Below are positions 59,694 to 64,000 of a DNA stretch of 64,000 nt, one piece after another (position 1 is the first letter of the stretch; the number at the start of each line of letters is the position of its first letter). Under the pieces are notes generated by a model. The model worked only from the letters and a program-made list of their open reading frames with translations, did no database searches and had not been told where the DNA came from. This DNA is from Cirrosporium novae-zelandiae (Eukaryota): positions 558,001 to 622,000 of the forward strand of contig JAPETS010000003.1 in the NCBI GenBank assembly GCA_026023565.1. Reading direction: 5' to 3'. The position numbers and the translations under genes were made by a program.

Positions 59694-61544
59694 TCAGATT
59701 GGGATCAACCTTCATAATCTATTAGCTTGGTGGGAAGCATTTGTGCTGGTCTTAAGCAAGATTTTTGCCAAAGTAACAACGACATGATATCAATGAAAGG
59801 CGAAACGAGTGACGAAATGAGTGACGGAATTAATGGTATGACTATTGTAAGACTGCGGCTGTCTTCTAGGCATTTAGGCTACATGGGAGAAGAGAACCGA
59901 GGTATGGTGGAGTAAGGCTAGGCCCCTGCGAAAATCTATCAGCGAGGTATTCGTAAAAGGGGGATATTTTCTAATCAATTAATTATAGCTACGGTCAATC
60001 AGATTAGATATTTTGCTCTAGGTGGCTCGTGCACCATTGAATCACTACGAGTTTATTTTCGGAAAATCCATGACAAGAAATTCTTTGCTAAATTTATTAA
60101 TCGATTTCCTATTGTCGAACTGCAATTGCAGTCTTGGAGGTGTAGCTATATGTGAGAAGAGAGCTGGGTATGCAAGTTGGTGTATCGTATATGTAATAGA
60201 TTACTATTGAAGAATTCCTCTTACGAGAAACCGCAGGATAGAAGAAGTTCGTGCGGAGCGCGCTTAACACAAGCTATTATCCGCGGTCTAAGTTGTAAGG
60301 TTATCTATTTCATATGCACTCTGGTGGAGTAGAGTCATAAAAAAATATTTATAAATTAGATACTAATTTTTTCTATAGGGAGATATTATGGATACCCAGC
60401 TATCTTCATGTCTCAGGCTTTGAGCACATGAGACCCCGCCTTATATACCAGTTGGTTGCATTCTTTGCTTGTATATTTCAGTTTTTTTTTTATGTGATCT
60501 ACACCCCAAGACCGCAGCTACAGTCTTATAGAATCAGAGAGCACGTAAACTACCTATACCATGTTATCATTCAAGGCTACCAATGTGAATATCGATATTG
60601 CATATAACAAATTTTCTCCATTAATTTTTATACTAGGATCTCTACACATAGCGATATCAGATTGTTCAACGCAATGTTGTTTTAACCCATCCCTCTTAAA
60701 GACTTCGCCCACCCAAAATCGAATATCCCTTCATAGAAGGATGGAACCTTCTCTAGACTACTACTCTTGTCCTACCAATCACAAACACTTCGTCACGGGT
60801 CGATTTTTAGGGCCGAAGGCAAGAAGAGCTGACATGAGCACAAGGACCAAGAACTCTCATGGAAGAATATCGAAATGAATGACTTGAAGGGAGGGGCCCG
60901 TTAAGTGGCCCCATTCACCATGACCAATCACTAACCCCTGCCTCAAAAAATAAATTTCAGTCTCAACTAGCAAAATGACAAAAATACGTCATTCCTACCA
61001 ACTTTCTCACTTTATCTCGGCAATCCCATTGGAGTTGCACCCTTACTGTGACCTGCCAAAGGAAATTCTTTCAAATAGTAAGACTTAGGGGGCGGGGACT
61101 ATGAGGCGGAATTTTCTAGGATGTAGATATTTGCATAGTAGCGGTTGGGATAGATTATTATGGAGAGCCTTCGGGGGTAGGAGGGATGGAGTCATCGTGG
61201 CTTGAGCTCGGCGTACGTAGATGGCTACATAGGCTTGCATGGTGAACAGGGGCAGCCTCGTATATGCCAACCAGCCTACAGAGTGGCTTACGAACGAAGA
61301 AAATGATTGGGTTAGAGCTTCAAAAAAGGTAGTGGGATACGACGTGACCTGAGGAACACATTTGCATGATAGGGCATTCTAATGGATAGCTTATCTATAT
61401 TGCCATAGAGGATTTCGTGAAGATATACAATCGAGCGAGTAGGAGCCATTGCCGAAAGAAAGAGCAAGCCTGTCCTGGAAACTCACTACGGTAATCTAAT
61501 ATAGTGTAGTGCTAGCCTGTAGATTTCCGTATGTTGTAGAACAT

Positions 61545-63640
61545 TTATATTCCTGGAGGTCGACGGGAGGAGGAGGGGCGGAGGTTGAGCCTCTCCAATA
61601 CACGTGACCCTGTGTGCGTCTGGTGTGTCTGGCCGTGCCCCCCCTCCAGCACAGGCAATTCATAGCTCATCGATGAGTTTTGCTCATTCCCTGGTTCCGG
61701 GTCCGTTGATTCTTGCGACGGTGATTTTGAGTTTTTCCTTATGATATGCGGCCAAACAACACCCATATGCTCCGCCATCGACTCTGCGAGTGCTGTACGA
61801 TTTACACACGCCCACCACAATCCCCACGTAATTACTGTTAATGGAACGGATATTGCGAAGAAAAGCCAGGCGTCTCTTGAATATATTACCATCGGCGAAG
61901 AATCTTCGGACGAGGTTGATTGGGCCACAAACTGTGTCGAGTAAAAGTTCTTCCACACCGGTCAGCCGTACTTCATGGGAATTGGTAGGAATTACTAACA
62001 CCGACAACGGTCGAAGGAAGATAAATCAAGGTAATTATCGTCAGAACCTTGACCGCCGATGCATCCCTTGTCGACTTTTCGGCAAGCTGGCGCATAGCAG
62101 TGTTCTCACTCCGGGACTCCTCGCCAAGAATCTTCAGAGCATTTCCACTCTGATAATCTAAAAGGGTGGATAACTAAGTATGGTCTGATGAGGGTCTACT
62201 CTTGTGATGAAGAGGATAAAATTTATGAGAACTCACGAGCTTCATAGTTCCCCGGGATTTGGATAGAAGTGCGTCGGCTCTCTTGTGAGCATAGCTGACC
62301 TCTTGCGCCTTCTCACGAAAAACAGCAACGATGGTATCGCATTTACGCGAATTGATTCCTGTGGAATGATTTATCAAGCTTTCGTTGATCTGCTGGTATC
62401 TCTCGGAAAGAATAGAAATCGTCTCCGCCGAAGATTCAAGTACCAAAAGCATGTCAATCAGCCGGTCTTCAATTTTTGCGAGCTTCAGTCGGTCATCAAA
62501 ACAAATGGTTTCTGATGCTGAGTCTTCTGACGAAACAACCAAGACCCGGTTGGACTAGGATGAGCATACTATTAGTTCGTAAGTCGCTTGTTGGAACTTG
62601 GCTAAAATACTTGCCAGATCTGTGATTCTCTTCGTCAAGTCGACCATGTAAGGCCTCCAATTAGTGAGAGCCATATCCAAAAATAGCAAATGGATCTCGA
62701 ATGGATTGGACAGTGCAGGAGTGATAAACTGTCGAGTATATCGATCAAGCACAGCTCGAACTTGTTTGGAAGCATCAACAAGAATCCAGGTCGAACAGGC
62801 ATTTTTACCTGGAGGCTTGTACCGATTATAGATTACTGTTTGTTGCAGGTCCCAAGGCTCTTTACCCGGTCGATTGGTAAACTCGACGAAACGCAACACA
62901 TATGCACATTCTATTACAGTTAGACAGGAAGGAGAAATGGCAAAAGAACGCGGATAAAAACACACCGAACCCACGAAACGTCCCATTCTCATTCTCAAGG
63001 GACCTATATTTAAGGAGGGGTGGTCCTATCTCATCTTCACTAAATTTTACTCCGAGGTAACATATACACTCATTAAATCGAGGGAAAACATGGCACGCTT
63101 TAAGCAAGGCATCATAAAGATCTTTCGTCACCTGCAAACGGCTATATGCATGCTTTTGTGGGAGGAAACTGAATGCAAGAATAAGTTGGTGAAGATTTTA
63201 TTGCATCTCTAAGAACCATACAATATGCGAAAATTGGGTTTCGTTTTCTGGAATAAATATTAGCCAGTTGATTTTTCATCATTAACAAAGTCGAAATTAG
63301 GCTCTACCCTTGCCAGCTTTTCCAAGTCGCCTGCATTGGATACATGATACGGAGATAAAGACGGCTCCCCAACGTGAGCTGGGGAATTTTCATGTCCTGG
63401 ATGATCCTGGCCATTAATTGACTTAGGGTCCGTGCTGTCATCTGAATCTTCGTCGCCTCTATGGATTTCCGGCGGAGTCCTTTCATATGCGCTTGTAACT
63501 CGATTGCTAGCCAACACTTCAATCGATGAGTTTTCCTGACTTTTTTCAAATAGCTTGGACGATCGTTGAAAGAAGACTTTCGCTGCCGCTGGATTTTGAT
63601 CGTAGGTGAAGCTCCGATGGAAATAGGAGGAATTTTGCAT
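61545..63640 (-). CDS. Fungal CorA-like-domain membrane protein, multi-exon
   Basis: WDLQQTVIYNRY, STWILV, NPFEIHLLFL..ALTNWRPY, DASAVKVLTIITLIYLPSTVV, NFYSTQFV, WLFFAISVPLT two-TM C-terminus; several introns between ORF pieces. Confidence 0.78.
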
Positions 63641-64000
63641 GATTAAATCTCTTTGCTTTCATGAAACGCCGACCCCTGTCGTAATTAATATATATTCTAT
63701 TGGCATACTCAATGGTTATAAGACAATTTGGTTCGATAAAAAAAATCTTATGGAACGTCCTAGAGGGAGCTGAGGACTTTGCCTCGTACGAAGCCATGAG
63801 GCTCTATCAAGGCGACACATCGTTAGCAAACAAATTCATAGATTGATTGGCGAGGATAGTCCACCTGGGCGGCTAATAAAGCCTTCGAGATGTACACTGA
63901 TAGCAATACCTAAATAGCACAAATTTCATTAACATTGATGATGGTGTTTAATAAACGATTAATGATCGATACATAGCCAGTTCGAAACTACACAAATTAT

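Overview
Eukaryotic DNA from a filamentous ascomycete (Pezizomycotina): short spliceosomal introns with CTAAC/CTGAC branch sites and microsatellite-rich spacers. Recognisable core genes are fluG, a GH53 galactanase, HscB/JAC1, YOS9, PRP4, PTC7, MPS1, NSA2 and ACE1/sltA. Accessory blocks sit between them: (i) a co-oriented SDR + FAH-family + ThDP 2-oxoacid decarboxylase trio whose decarboxylase has substituted catalytic residues; (ii) a decayed SesB-like hydrolase-NACHT-ankyrin NLR whose 3' end overlaps a MITE-like remnant; (iii) an alpha/beta-hydrolase + HET-domain + small retropepsin-like (catalytic Asp missing) trio; (iv) a gene-poor ~8 kb stretch upstream of ACE1 with an intact 157-bp hAT-type MITE (8-bp TSD), followed by a stop-interrupted C2H2 gene and a CorA-like gene. 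All gene models and family calls were made by eye from motifs and splice signals; no database searches were run. No rRNA, tRNA or CRISPR was seen.
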